From the NCBI GenBank assembly GCA_038065035.1, contig JBBTRV010000003.1:346-64345 (forward strand): a stretch of 64,000 nucleotides of DNA, read 5' to 3'. The DNA is from Patescibacteria group bacterium (GTDB taxonomy: Bacteria > Patescibacteriota > Minisyncoccia > UBA6257 > UBA9933). Below the pieces are notes generated by a model. The model searched no databases, was not told the DNA's origin, and saw only the letters and a program-made list of their open reading frames with translations. The position numbers and the translations under genes are program-made. Below are positions 37,812 through 46,344 of this stretch, piece by piece (the first letter of the stretch is position 1; each line of letters begins with the position of its first letter).

Positions 37812-38879
37812 TTACCTCACCTTAAGATTCTGCGTTAAAGTATAAATCGGAGTGATAATTGACAGCACGACAAAGCCGACGAGAATTCCCATAAAAAGAA
37901 TAAGCAACGGTTCCAAAATAGTGGATAAATTTTTAAACTGTTCGTCTACTTCAGCTCCATAAAATTCAGCCAAATAAGCAAGATTTTCATCAAGATGGCC
38001 GGTGCTTTCTCCTACTTCAATCATTTGGGAAAAAGTCGGCGGAAAATATTTTTCATTCGCCAAAAGATAATTAGACATCGTCTCGCCTTTTCTGATGGTT
38101 TCAGAAACATTTTTAAGCTCAACCCGATAAACGATATTAGGCATTGTTTCGGCGGTAATATTCAAAGCGTCAACAATTTTAATGCCGCTTTTAAGAAGCG
38201 ATGCTAAAGTTCTCGCAAAAGCCGTCATATTAACATTCACGGAAGTCTGCCCGATAAAAGGAATTAATAAAATAAATTTATGCCAGAGAAATTTCACCGC
38301 CCTTAATCTTAGCAAGAAAGAAATCGCAAATACTAAAATAATAATACCAATTCCAACCAGCCAGCCATAGTGGAGAAAAAAATTTACAGTGGCGATTAAG
38401 ATTCTTGTCGTTATCGGCAATTGTACTTTAAAGCTGTCAAAAATCGGCATTATTTGGGGAAAAACAACAAAAAGCAAAATACTGCTTATGCCGACAGTGG
38501 CAACCAAAACAATAAACGGATATGTCATCGCTGCCTTGACCTTGCGCCTCAATTCATAACCCTTCTTCAATTCTTCATGAAGGTAATTCAAATTATCCGC
38601 TAAGGTGCCGCTCGCCTCACCGACTCTTATAATATTAATAAAAAAATTTCCGAAAATTGATTTTTGTTTATCAAGGCTTACCGAAAGAAACTGGCCGTTG
38701 TCAACATCAACAATAAGCTGGCTGATAATTTTTTGGAAAGTCTTTGATTTTGATTGCCGGCGCAACATCCATAAGCTGTCTAAAAGCGGCATGCCCGAGC
38801 GAATCATAATGGACAGATGCTTTGTAAAAAGCATTTTTTCGGAAATTGATATATGATTAAAAATTCTTCCTATATCCAT
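37812..38879 (-). CDS. pilC: type IV pilus / T2SS inner-membrane platform protein (PilC/GspF family)
   Basis: 355 aa; two GspF-type repeats and three TM segments. Confidence 0.85.
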   Translation of the reverse strand: MDIGRIFNHISISEKMLFTKHLSIMIRSGMPLLDSLWMLRRQSKSKTFQKIISQLIVDVDNGQFLSVSLDKQKSIFGNFFINIIRVGEASGTLADNLNYLHEELKKGYELRRKVKAAMTYPFIVLVATVGISSILLFVVFPQIMPIFDSFKVQLPITTRILIATVNFFLHYGWLVGIGIIILVFAISFLLRLRAVKFLWHKFILLIPFIGQTSVNVNMTAFARTLASLLKSGIKIVDALNITAETMPNIVYRVELKNVSETIRKGETMSNYLLANEKYFPPTFSQMIEVGESTGHLDENLAYLAEFYGAEVDEQFKNLSTILEPLLILFMGILVGFVVLSIITPIYTLTQNLKVR

Positions 38880-38898
38880 ATTTTAAATACTATTTATT

Positions 38899-40134
38899 TT
38901 ATTCATGGATTATTCTCAAAACCTCTTCAATGGTTGTTATGCCTTTTACCGCTTTATTGAATCCATCTTCAAGCATTGTCGTCATTCCCTCTTTCATTGC
39001 CGATTCCTGGATAATGCTGGAATTTACCCTTTTCATAATCGACTCCCTGATATTTTCAGTGACTTCTAAAACTTCATAAATCCCGACCCTGCCTTCATAG
39101 CCGTCTTCGCAAACAGCGCATCCCTTGCCTTCAAAAAAATTCCTGTTATTTTTCAAAAGCTCCGGCCTGATTACTTCTTTCAAACTGTTAAACTCAGTAT
39201 CGTTCAATTTTTTATCCATGCGGCAACTGGAACACACCTTCCTTACCAAGCGTTGGCCAATGGCGATATTTACCGTTGAAGCGATTAAAAACGGCTCAAT
39301 ACCCATATCTAAAAGCCGCGGTAAAGTTGTGGCCGCGTCATTGGTGTGGATAGTTGAAAGGAGTAAATGGCCGGTCAAAGCTGCGTTCACGGCAATGCCG
39401 GCTGTTTCTTCGTCTCTGATTTCGCCGACCATAATAATATTCGGGTCTTGCCGCAAAATAGACCTTAACCCTTGGGCAAACGTCAATCCTGTCTGAGAGT
39501 TTACCTGAATTTGATCAATGCCTTTTAAAGAGTATTCTATCGGGTCTTCAATTGTGATAATAGAAATTTCCGAAGTATTTAATTCTTTGATAATCGAATA
39601 AAGAGTGGTTGTTTTTCCGGAGCCGGTCGGGCCGGTTGCCAAAATCATGCCGTAAGGTTTTTTAACCGCTTTTTCAACAATCGCGAAATCCCTGTCTGAA
39701 AAACCAAGCTCCTTAAGAGAAAGCTGAGTTCTTTCCGATAAAATCCTTAAAACAGAATTTTCGCCGTAATAAGTCGGGGCGATGGAAACCCGCACGTCAA
39801 CATAGCCGACGTTTTCAATTGGAATTTTAAACCGGCCGTCCTGCGCGGCTTGGTGTTCGTCTGTCCGCAAACCGGATAAAACTTTAATTCTGGTAATCAC
39901 TTCCGACTGAATGCTTTTCGGCAAAATAAAAGCGTCGTGAAGCACGCCATCAACCCTTAAACGCACTCTCACTCTTCCTTCTTCCGGATCAATGTGAATA
40001 TCTGAAGCCCGCGCCTCAAAAGCATGGGCGATTAAAGCGTCAACCAGTCGAATAATTGAAATTTCATCCGGCTTGGCTTTTAATTCTTTTTCAATAACAA
40101 CTCCTTTTGTCTGTTTTGATGTTTCTTCCGGCAT
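38899..40134 (-). CDS. pilB: type IV pilus assembly / T2SS ATPase (PilB/GspE family)
   Basis: 411 aa; Walker A ILATGPTGSGKTTTLYS, Asp box, His box, and a tetracysteine motif (CSSC...CAVC) typical of GspE/PilB. Confidence 0.85.
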   Translation of the reverse strand: MPEETSKQTKGVVIEKELKAKPDEISIIRLVDALIAHAFEARASDIHIDPEEGRVRVRLRVDGVLHDAFILPKSIQSEVITRIKVLSGLRTDEHQAAQDGRFKIPIENVGYVDVRVSIAPTYYGENSVLRILSERTQLSLKELGFSDRDFAIVEKAVKKPYGMILATGPTGSGKTTTLYSIIKELNTSEISIITIEDPIEYSLKGIDQIQVNSQTGLTFAQGLRSILRQDPNIIMVGEIRDEETAGIAVNAALTGHLLLSTIHTNDAATTLPRLLDMGIEPFLIASTVNIAIGQRLVRKVCSSCRMDKKLNDTEFNSLKEVIRPELLKNNRNFFEGKGCAVCEDGYEGRVGIYEVLEVTENIRESIMKRVNSSIIQESAMKEGMTTMLEDGFNKAVKGITTIEEVLRIIHE

Positions 40135-40157
40135 CTTGCTTTTATTATACCAGATTA

Positions 40158-40186
40158 TTGAAATGCAAACAAAAAAGAATTACAAT
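40158..40186 (+). promoter_or_regulatory. sigma70-like promoter (TTGAAA-17-TACAAT) upstream of tRNA-Gln
   Basis: ttgaaa tgcaaacaaaaaagaat tacaat ends ~12 nt before the tRNA 5' end. Confidence 0.35.
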
Positions 40187-40198
40187 TATTTCGCAATT

Positions 40199-40272
40199 TG
40201 TCGGGTGGTGTAGTGGTAGCACGCCGCGCTCTGGACGCGGAAACTGGGGTTCGAGTCCCTGCCCGACAGCCA
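40199..40272 (+). tRNA. tRNA-Gln (anticodon CTG), CCA encoded
   Basis: TGTCGGGTGGTGTAGTGGTAGCACGCCGCGCTCTGGACGCGGAAACTGGGGTTCGAGTCCCTGCCCGACAGCCA; anticodon loop CTCTGGA. Confidence 0.85.
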
Positions 40273-40890
40273 ATGAAAAAGAAAACTCAAATATTTATAA
40301 TTCATGGAGGAATGACTTTCAAAAATAAGAAAGATTATTTGCATTTCCTAAAAACCAGAAAGATTTCAATTAAGAAAAAAATAGGATGGTATGACGTTTA
40401 TTTAGATGAAAAACTGGGTAAAAATTTTGAAATAATCAGACCGCGCATGCCCAAACAAGATGATGCCAAATACAATGATTGGAAAATATATTTTGAAAGG
40501 CATATTTCTTATTTAAGAAATAACGTAATTTTAATAGGAGGTTCACTGGGCGGAATTTTTCTCGCAAAATATTTATCCGAGCATAAATTCCCAAAAAAAA
40601 TCTTATCAACCTATCTGATTTGCCCTCCTTTTGACAATGCTCTGCCCGGAGAAGATTTAGTTGGCGGATTTAAGCTTAAATCTGATTTATCTTTGCTTGA
40701 AAAAAACTCAAAAAATCTTTATCTATTGTTTTCAAAAGATGATGACGTTGTCCCGATTTCTCATGCTAAAAAGTATGAAAAGAAGCTAAAAAATGCGAAA
40801 ATTATCATATATAAAAGCAAAAACGGACATTTTAACATTCCTAAATTCCCCGAGATTATTAATATGATTAAAAAGGATATTAAGAGATAA
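40273..40890 (+). CDS. alpha/beta-hydrolase fold serine hydrolase (YdeN/RBBP9-like)
   Basis: 205 aa beginning MKKKTQIFIIHGG...; nucleophile elbow GGSLGG and a C-terminal GHF motif. The ATG directly follows the tRNA-Gln CCA. The longer ORF 40198..40890 would read through the tRNA and is rejected. Confidence 0.7.
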   Translation: MKKKTQIFIIHGGMTFKNKKDYLHFLKTRKISIKKKIGWYDVYLDEKLGKNFEIIRPRMPKQDDAKYNDWKIYFERHISYLRNNVILIGGSLGGIFLAKYLSEHKFPKKILSTYLICPPFDNALPGEDLVGGFKLKSDLSLLEKNSKNLYLLFSKDDDVVPISHAKKYEKKLKNAKIIIYKSKNGHFNIPKFPEIINMIKKDIKR

Positions 40891-40999
40891 TTTATTAAGA
40901 TAATAACACTAATCAATTCAGGTCAATTTTATTCCTATTCAGACTACTAAAAAATATAATTTCTGACAAAGTTTAATATTTCGAAATTAAATAGAAATG

Positions 41000-41030
41000 C
41001 CGGCCATGCCGGCATTTCTACAAAACTCAT
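41000..41030. terminator. bidirectional terminator hairpin between convergent genes
   Basis: Perfect palindrome agaaatgccggc-cat-gccggcatttct. Confidence 0.45.
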
Positions 41031-41040
41031 AAAACAAATA

Positions 41041-41433
41041 TTAAAACAGCGGATATGGCCACATTGGAATTGAAAGGAGCATTAACAAAGCTCCCAATAG
41101 CGCCAAATTTTTCATAAAGTGCACCATTTCCGACATCCGCATATTCGGCTCTTGCACTTTCCAAAAAGCGTGCATAATAAAAGTCACCGATACAAGAAAA
41201 ATAACTAATGCTAATATCGCCCATTCAACATAAACACCAAGCAATATTCCTAAACCGCCGAGCAAAAGTAAAATACCAGTGATAATAACTGCCGCTTTCG
41301 GCATCGGTACTCCTTTTGATTGAGTATATCCTTCAAGCATTCCTAACTTCGTGAAATGATTAATTCCGGAAATTATGAAATAACCGCCCAAAAGAAGCCT
41401 GCCGATAAAAAACAAAATATCAAAATAATTCAT
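41041..41433 (-). CDS. DoxX-family membrane protein
   Basis: 130 aa, 4 TM; ...LLLGGYFIISGINHF... and ...HAFW... typical of DoxX. Confidence 0.8.
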   Translation of the reverse strand: MNYFDILFFIGRLLLGGYFIISGINHFTKLGMLEGYTQSKGVPMPKAAVIITGILLLLGGLGILLGVYVEWAILALVIFLVSVTFIMHAFWKVQEPNMRMSEMVHFMKNLALLGALLMLLSIPMWPYPLF

Positions 41434-41470
41434 ATTTAAATTTATTTTAACTTACAGACCTTTTATAAAA

Positions 41471-42439
41471 TTAAAAATCCGACATTATTTTTTTCAAATC
41501 TTCCGGCAAATCTGTTTCCAAGGCAATCAGCTGGCTTTTTGCCTGCCCCGCATTCTTTTGCGGGGGCAAAGTAAATTTCAAATAATACGCATGCAAAAAA
41601 TGGCGGCGTTTGGGCAATTTAGTTTTCGCGCCATAAAGCGTGTCGCCTATAATCGGATGGCCGATTGAAGCCAAATGCACTCTTATCTGGTGCGTCCGGC
41701 CGGTTTTCGGCTCCACTTCTAAAAGCGCAAATTTATCATCAATCACTTTGATGACTTTATAATAAGTTTTTGCCGCCCGCTCGGACTTGCCCGCCGTAGC
41801 CACGCTTTGTGGAGTGAAGGAGGGTTTAACTGCCACTTTTTTAAGCCGATAATTTTTTGACGGCTTAATCGCGTATTCAATAATCCCCTCCTTATTTTTA
41901 GGAACACCTTCTACCAAGGCCAGATATTTTTTAACAACTGTCCTATTTAAAAACTGCTCCTTAATAAAATAAAAAGTGTTTTGATTTTTAGCTATAATCA
42001 AAAGCCCGGAAGTCTCTCTGTCTAAGCGATGAACAATTCCCGGCCTCATCGGGCTTTCGCCGACATTTATAATTTCCGGATAACAGCCCAGCAAGGCATT
42101 AACTAATGTGTGGCGATATTCTTTTAATGTTGGATGAGTTAAAAGCCCGGCTGGCTTATCAACAACTAAAATATCGCTGTCTTCGTAAATTATTTTTAAA
42201 GGAATATTTGTATCTGGCTCAATCTTAAATTTTTCTTTTGGTGAAATCAGCTTTTCTTCCATCACCAAAACGCGGTCATTTTTCCTCAATCTGAATCCCG
42301 GTTTAACCACAAAATGGCCGTTTATTTTAACAGCGCCGTTTTGAATAGCTTTTTGCAATTGAGAACGGGAAAATTCTTTTATTTTTTCCGCCAGAAATTT
42401 ATCCAACCGCTCTTTTTGAATTTCAACAATAAACTCCAT
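41471..42439 (-). CDS. rluD: RluA-family rRNA pseudouridine synthase (RluD-like, S4 domain)
   Basis: N-terminal S4 domain (...RLDKFLAEKI...) and catalytic HRLDRETSGLLIIAKN. ORF extends to 42475; start likely MEFIVEIQ at 42439. Confidence 0.85.
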   Translation of the reverse strand: MEFIVEIQKERLDKFLAEKIKEFSRSQLQKAIQNGAVKINGHFVVKPGFRLRKNDRVLVMEEKLISPKEKFKIEPDTNIPLKIIYEDSDILVVDKPAGLLTHPTLKEYRHTLVNALLGCYPEIINVGESPMRPGIVHRLDRETSGLLIIAKNQNTFYFIKEQFLNRTVVKKYLALVEGVPKNKEGIIEYAIKPSKNYRLKKVAVKPSFTPQSVATAGKSERAAKTYYKVIKVIDDKFALLEVEPKTGRTHQIRVHLASIGHPIIGDTLYGAKTKLPKRRHFLHAYYLKFTLPPQKNAGQAKSQLIALETDLPEDLKKIMSDF

Positions 42440-42465
42440 AATAATTAAATTATAATAAAAAAACC

Positions 42466-42812
42466 GGCAAGCCATAAGCCGGATTCTGTTTTATACGGCA
42501 ATTTATCTGGACCATTGATTGCTCGCTGGTTCTAGCGGTATTTCCGCCAATTGGCGGACTCAACCTTGCACCCAGTAAGGATTTAGCCGTTTCACCTCTG
42601 TTTTGCTATCCCTATGACAGAGTTAGACCTTCTAGCTTAGGATAGGGTCTTCCTGATATTTTCATACCAAGACGTCGCTGTTCGCACCTCTCGCATTACT
42701 GCGGCGGGCCGTTAACCCGTACAATTATTCTGAAAAAATCAAAATTGGGAGTCCGGACTTTCCTCAATCAGCGCTTATTAATAACTGATCGCTGCCGTTT
42801 GGCTTGCCGATT
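42466..42812 (-). ncRNA. rnpB: RNase P RNA (bacterial type, reduced)
   Basis: Minus-strand sense contains GAGGAAAGTCCGGACTCC (P4 5' strand) and ACAGAATCCGGCTTATGGC (P4 3' strand). The 5' GAAATCGGCAAGCCA pairs with the 3' TGGCTTGCCGG (P1), followed by a T-run. Confidence 0.8.
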
Positions 42813-42818
42813 TCTTAT

Positions 42819-42847
42819 ATTATACACCTATTTTAAGCAATTGTCAA
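42819..42847 (-). promoter_or_regulatory. consensus sigma70 promoter of rnpB (TTGACA-17-TATAAT)
   Basis: Minus strand: ttgaca attgcttaaaataggtg tataat, placing the +1 near the P1 5' end (~42812). Confidence 0.5.
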
Positions 42848-42886
42848 AATAATATACTTGTCTAGAACATTAAAAATCTGAACAAA

Positions 42887-44906
42887 TTAGATAACTATTA
42901 CTCCACTTGGCGCGCTAGGCGGAGTAGTATCAGCTGTTATTTTTCTTAGAATAATCTGGTCAAGCCAGGTATTGGATTCTCTTCCATAGAAAGTAAAAGA
43001 ATGGGTCCCTTGGGTAAGATCCCATATCATTGGGTCGAATTGAGATGAAGTTGTGCCATTGCCCCATTTAGAAACCTCATCCCAAACAAAGCCAGTGATC
43101 AAGGGTATAATATTATATATATACAAAGCATTTCCTTGAGCTGATTCATTGTCTAACCCGACATAGAATGAATTCTGGCCTCCGTCATTGTTGGAGTTGA
43201 CTCTGGCTTCCAGTTTGTATTGGCCAGATGTAGAGATATCAAAGGTATATTTGGCTGAGCCGGTGTTATCTGTATTGGTGTAAATATATGTATCTGAACC
43301 AGATGTTCCGGTCTGCGTTGAAGTAAGCTGGCCTGATTCAGCTTGGATGTATTGCTCAGGGAGGAAATTTTGAACAGGAGCGTTGTATTCGTCGTTATCT
43401 GTTAACGAAGAGCAACCTGGGTCATTGGGGTAGTCTGTTAAGCCGTCTGAATCGTTGTCTATGCTGTCGGAACATTGGTAGGTTGGAGATGAAGCGAGAG
43501 TTAATGGATGAGGATAAGTTAGGGGAGTAAAATAAGAAGTCCATGTATTAGTTGTTGTGCATTTATAAAAAGTTCCCGATATTGGTGTTGACGGATTTGT
43601 GCCTACCATACCAGTTAAGTTAGTAACTGATTGATTTGTAGCCCAATAACCAACTCCTGTAGTGCATGTTGTAGGACGATTAGCAAGAGTGCCGGCACCT
43701 ACCCCAGAAGCACCTGTAAATGATGGTGTGTAAACCCAGAAATCCACATTTGCAGCAGGAGTAAATCCAGGGTTACAACCAGAACATCCAGGGTTAAGTA
43801 CAAAAACCCCAGACAGAGTTCCAGTTAAGTTTTTTCTATTACCCCAGAAATATGAGTCAGAAACATGAATAGGTACTTGTGGTTGATTGGGGCCAACATA
43901 ATTTACTGGCATTAAAGAATCAGCGTATTCTTCTCTTACTTGTATATTAAACATTGACCCAGGGGTAGTAATATTATTATTAAATACAACTGCCGTACCA
44001 CCTCTATGGTCATACAACCTACCCCCATAATTACCGACATCATTTATTTGATTTCCATATATTTCAGTACCAAAGCACCCATAACCAAGAGTATCCCCTC
44101 CGTGCATATCAAACATAGGCCAGGCACCATTTGACCCAGTGAAATTAATTGTATTATATCTAACCGCATACCTATTTCCATAATTGCAATCAGCTACCAT
44201 AAAAGTTACATCATTAAAGGTGTTATTCTCAATCCACATAGTCGTATCATTCTGACCGTACACATGCCTTTCCCAATTATTCCACCAAGTTCTCCCCCAA
44301 ACATCACCAGCTTCGGCAAACCTCAGAGGGAATGCTATCCCATCGAAAGTATTATTGTGTATTACTCCCCTGATTCCTCTAACCCATATTGCTTGAGTAT
44401 TACCATAAGTATTTAGAAAATGATTATTGTCTATCTGCACTTTTGTTTGAATAGTTATATTACTGCCAACATGCCTTAGTTTGATACCAGCGCCCTTGCT
44501 ATTCATATTAAACGTAAACCCAGAAACTCTAAATGGTGTATTCAAAGTTAAATTAGAAGAAGAAGGCACATAATCTATTGCATACCCCCCCATGATCAAC
44601 AGTGATATTTGTAGTCCCTATCCCAGCCCCAATAAGATTAATCCCTTTTATTATTGTTATTCCGGAGCCCCAAGCACAACTTCCAGCCGGAACTAAAACA
44701 GTGTCGCCAACACTTGCCGAATTAATCGCAGATTGAACTGCAGATTGAGAACAATCTGTGGCTTGAACAGTAGCCGCACTGACAGTTTTTATAATTTTTT
44801 GTTCACCAAATAAATGACTGAATTTTGAATAATAAAAATATAAAGAAAAACCAGAAATAATAAGCAATATAAAGAGAAAAATTATAATATTCTTTATTTT
44901 AGACAT
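42887..44906 (-). pseudogene. secreted beta-helix/CBM surface protein, paralog A: frameshifted into two ORFs (44553..44906 and 42887..44599) at a C7/G7 homopolymer
   Basis: N-terminal piece has a signal peptide and ...DCSQSAVQSAINSASVGDTV..., homologous to the N-terminus of paralog F. C-terminal piece carries the shared YQCSD.IDNDSDGLTDYP...CBM-like domain and the ...TTPPSAPSGVIVI tail. The ORF overlap contains ccccccc at 44585-44591. Confidence 0.6.
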
Positions 44907-44991
44907 AAAAATTTTTTATAAAAATATATCCATTATTATATTAAAAACCGTTATCTTAAGCAACATTAATTATGGCGGGTTCAATAAAATT

Positions 44992-45426
44992 TCAAAATAA
45001 TTTTGCTGATTGATTGTTCAGCTCTTTATTCACCAGCCAATCGGCTCTTTTATTTTCTTCACGAGGAATATGAATAAATTTAATTTCACCGAAATCCATT
45101 TTTAAATTCCAAATTTCAATGAAAAACGGAATTAAGCTTTTTTCTTTTATTTTATATTTTCCGCTTAACTGATTAACCACCAATTCGCTGTCCATTTTAA
45201 TTTCAATTTTTGCTTTTTCCGCTTTCTCGCCGCCAATCAAATGTTTTACTTTCTTAAGTCCAAAAATAACCGCTTGATATTCAGCTTCATTATTCGTCGC
45301 TCTGCCGAGAAATTTTCCGTATTCTTTTATTTCTCCTTTTATTTCCATCACGACTCCAATCGCCGCCGGCCCGGGATTGCCCCTACTCCCCCCGTCACAA
45401 TAAACAGTAATTAAATCATTCGTCAT
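44992..45426 (-). CDS. rnhA: ribonuclease HI
   Basis: 144 aa; ...VYCDGGSRGNPGPAAIGVV..., ...TNNEAEYQA..., ...ENKRADWL... catalytic DEDD residues. Confidence 0.85.
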   Translation of the reverse strand: MTNDLITVYCDGGSRGNPGPAAIGVVMEIKGEIKEYGKFLGRATNNEAEYQAVIFGLKKVKHLIGGEKAEKAKIEIKMDSELVVNQLSGKYKIKEKSLIPFFIEIWNLKMDFGEIKFIHIPREENKRADWLVNKELNNQSAKLF

Positions 45427-45432
45427 AAGTCA

Positions 45433-46278
45433 TTAGTCATTTAAATACTTCCACGGCATTGGCTTTTTAATGCTTAAAGAAAATCCGCTGGCGGCCTTAT
45501 GTCCTCCGCCGCCGAATTTTTGAGCAATTTCCGAAACATCAACTTCTTTGCTCGATCTTAACGAAAAAATTTTTCGGCCGTTTTTCTGATACCAAATAAT
45601 GCCAATCGGATATCCTTTCTCTATTATTAAATTCCCTATTTCCGATTGTAAAATCGGCGAATTTACCGCTAATGCTTTATGATTTTTAAAACTAACCTTA
45701 TCCGCCTGGCCCAATAATTTACTAATTACTTTTCTTCTGTATTTTAAAATTATTTTACCTGTTTCAATATATTTTTTCCGTTTTTTGACATTTTCCAAAT
45801 CGCGGCTTATTTTATCCCATAATTTAAAATCAAAATCTGTAGCATCTAAAAAAGCCGTTATTTCTTTTGTGTTCCCCAGCTTAAATTTCCAAATATCGTA
45901 ATCCTCTACATGCCGCAAAAGCCACGGCACTGGCTTTTTAGGATGAAAATATTTCCAGGTTAAAACCGCACCGGAATGATTAACGTCATATAAACAATCA
46001 GAAACGCATTTTATCGCGTCGCCATTGCTTACATGATGGTCTATTATTGTCACCGACGCGCAAATTTTAACTAATTTTTTTATTATTTCAGCCGGATAAG
46101 CGATATCAGCCATATATAATTTTTTACCTTTAAGATTTTTAGGCGGCGGAGCGTGGTGGTCAATAGGTATATAAATCGCCTTATCGCCAAATTTTTTCCA
46201 AGCCGCGTAAGCGGCCCCAAACCCGTCAAAACAATTTTTATGATATAAAACAATTATATCTTTTGTACTATTCATCAT
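45433..46278 (-). CDS. DHH-family phosphoesterase (NrnA-like oligoribonuclease / pAp phosphatase)
   Basis: 281 aa; DHH motif ...IIDHHVSNG... and DHHA1 motif ...GGGGHKAASGF. Confidence 0.8.
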   Translation of the reverse strand: MMNSTKDIIVLYHKNCFDGFGAAYAAWKKFGDKAIYIPIDHHAPPPKNLKGKKLYMADIAYPAEIIKKLVKICASVTIIDHHVSNGDAIKCVSDCLYDVNHSGAVLTWKYFHPKKPVPWLLRHVEDYDIWKFKLGNTKEITAFLDATDFDFKLWDKISRDLENVKKRKKYIETGKIILKYRRKVISKLLGQADKVSFKNHKALAVNSPILQSEIGNLIIEKGYPIGIIWYQKNGRKIFSLRSSKEVDVSEIAQKFGGGGHKAASGFSLSIKKPMPWKYLND

Positions 46279-46344
46279 AATAAATAATATTATACCACTA
46301 AAAAATCAGGCGCAAAAGCCGAAATTATTAATATTAATCCAACT

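Noticed and set aside
40198-40272. N-terminal extension of ORF 40198..40890 (MSGGVVVARRALDAETGVRVPARQP...)
   Set aside because: This segment is the tRNA-Gln gene translated; the real CDS starts at the ATG at 40273.
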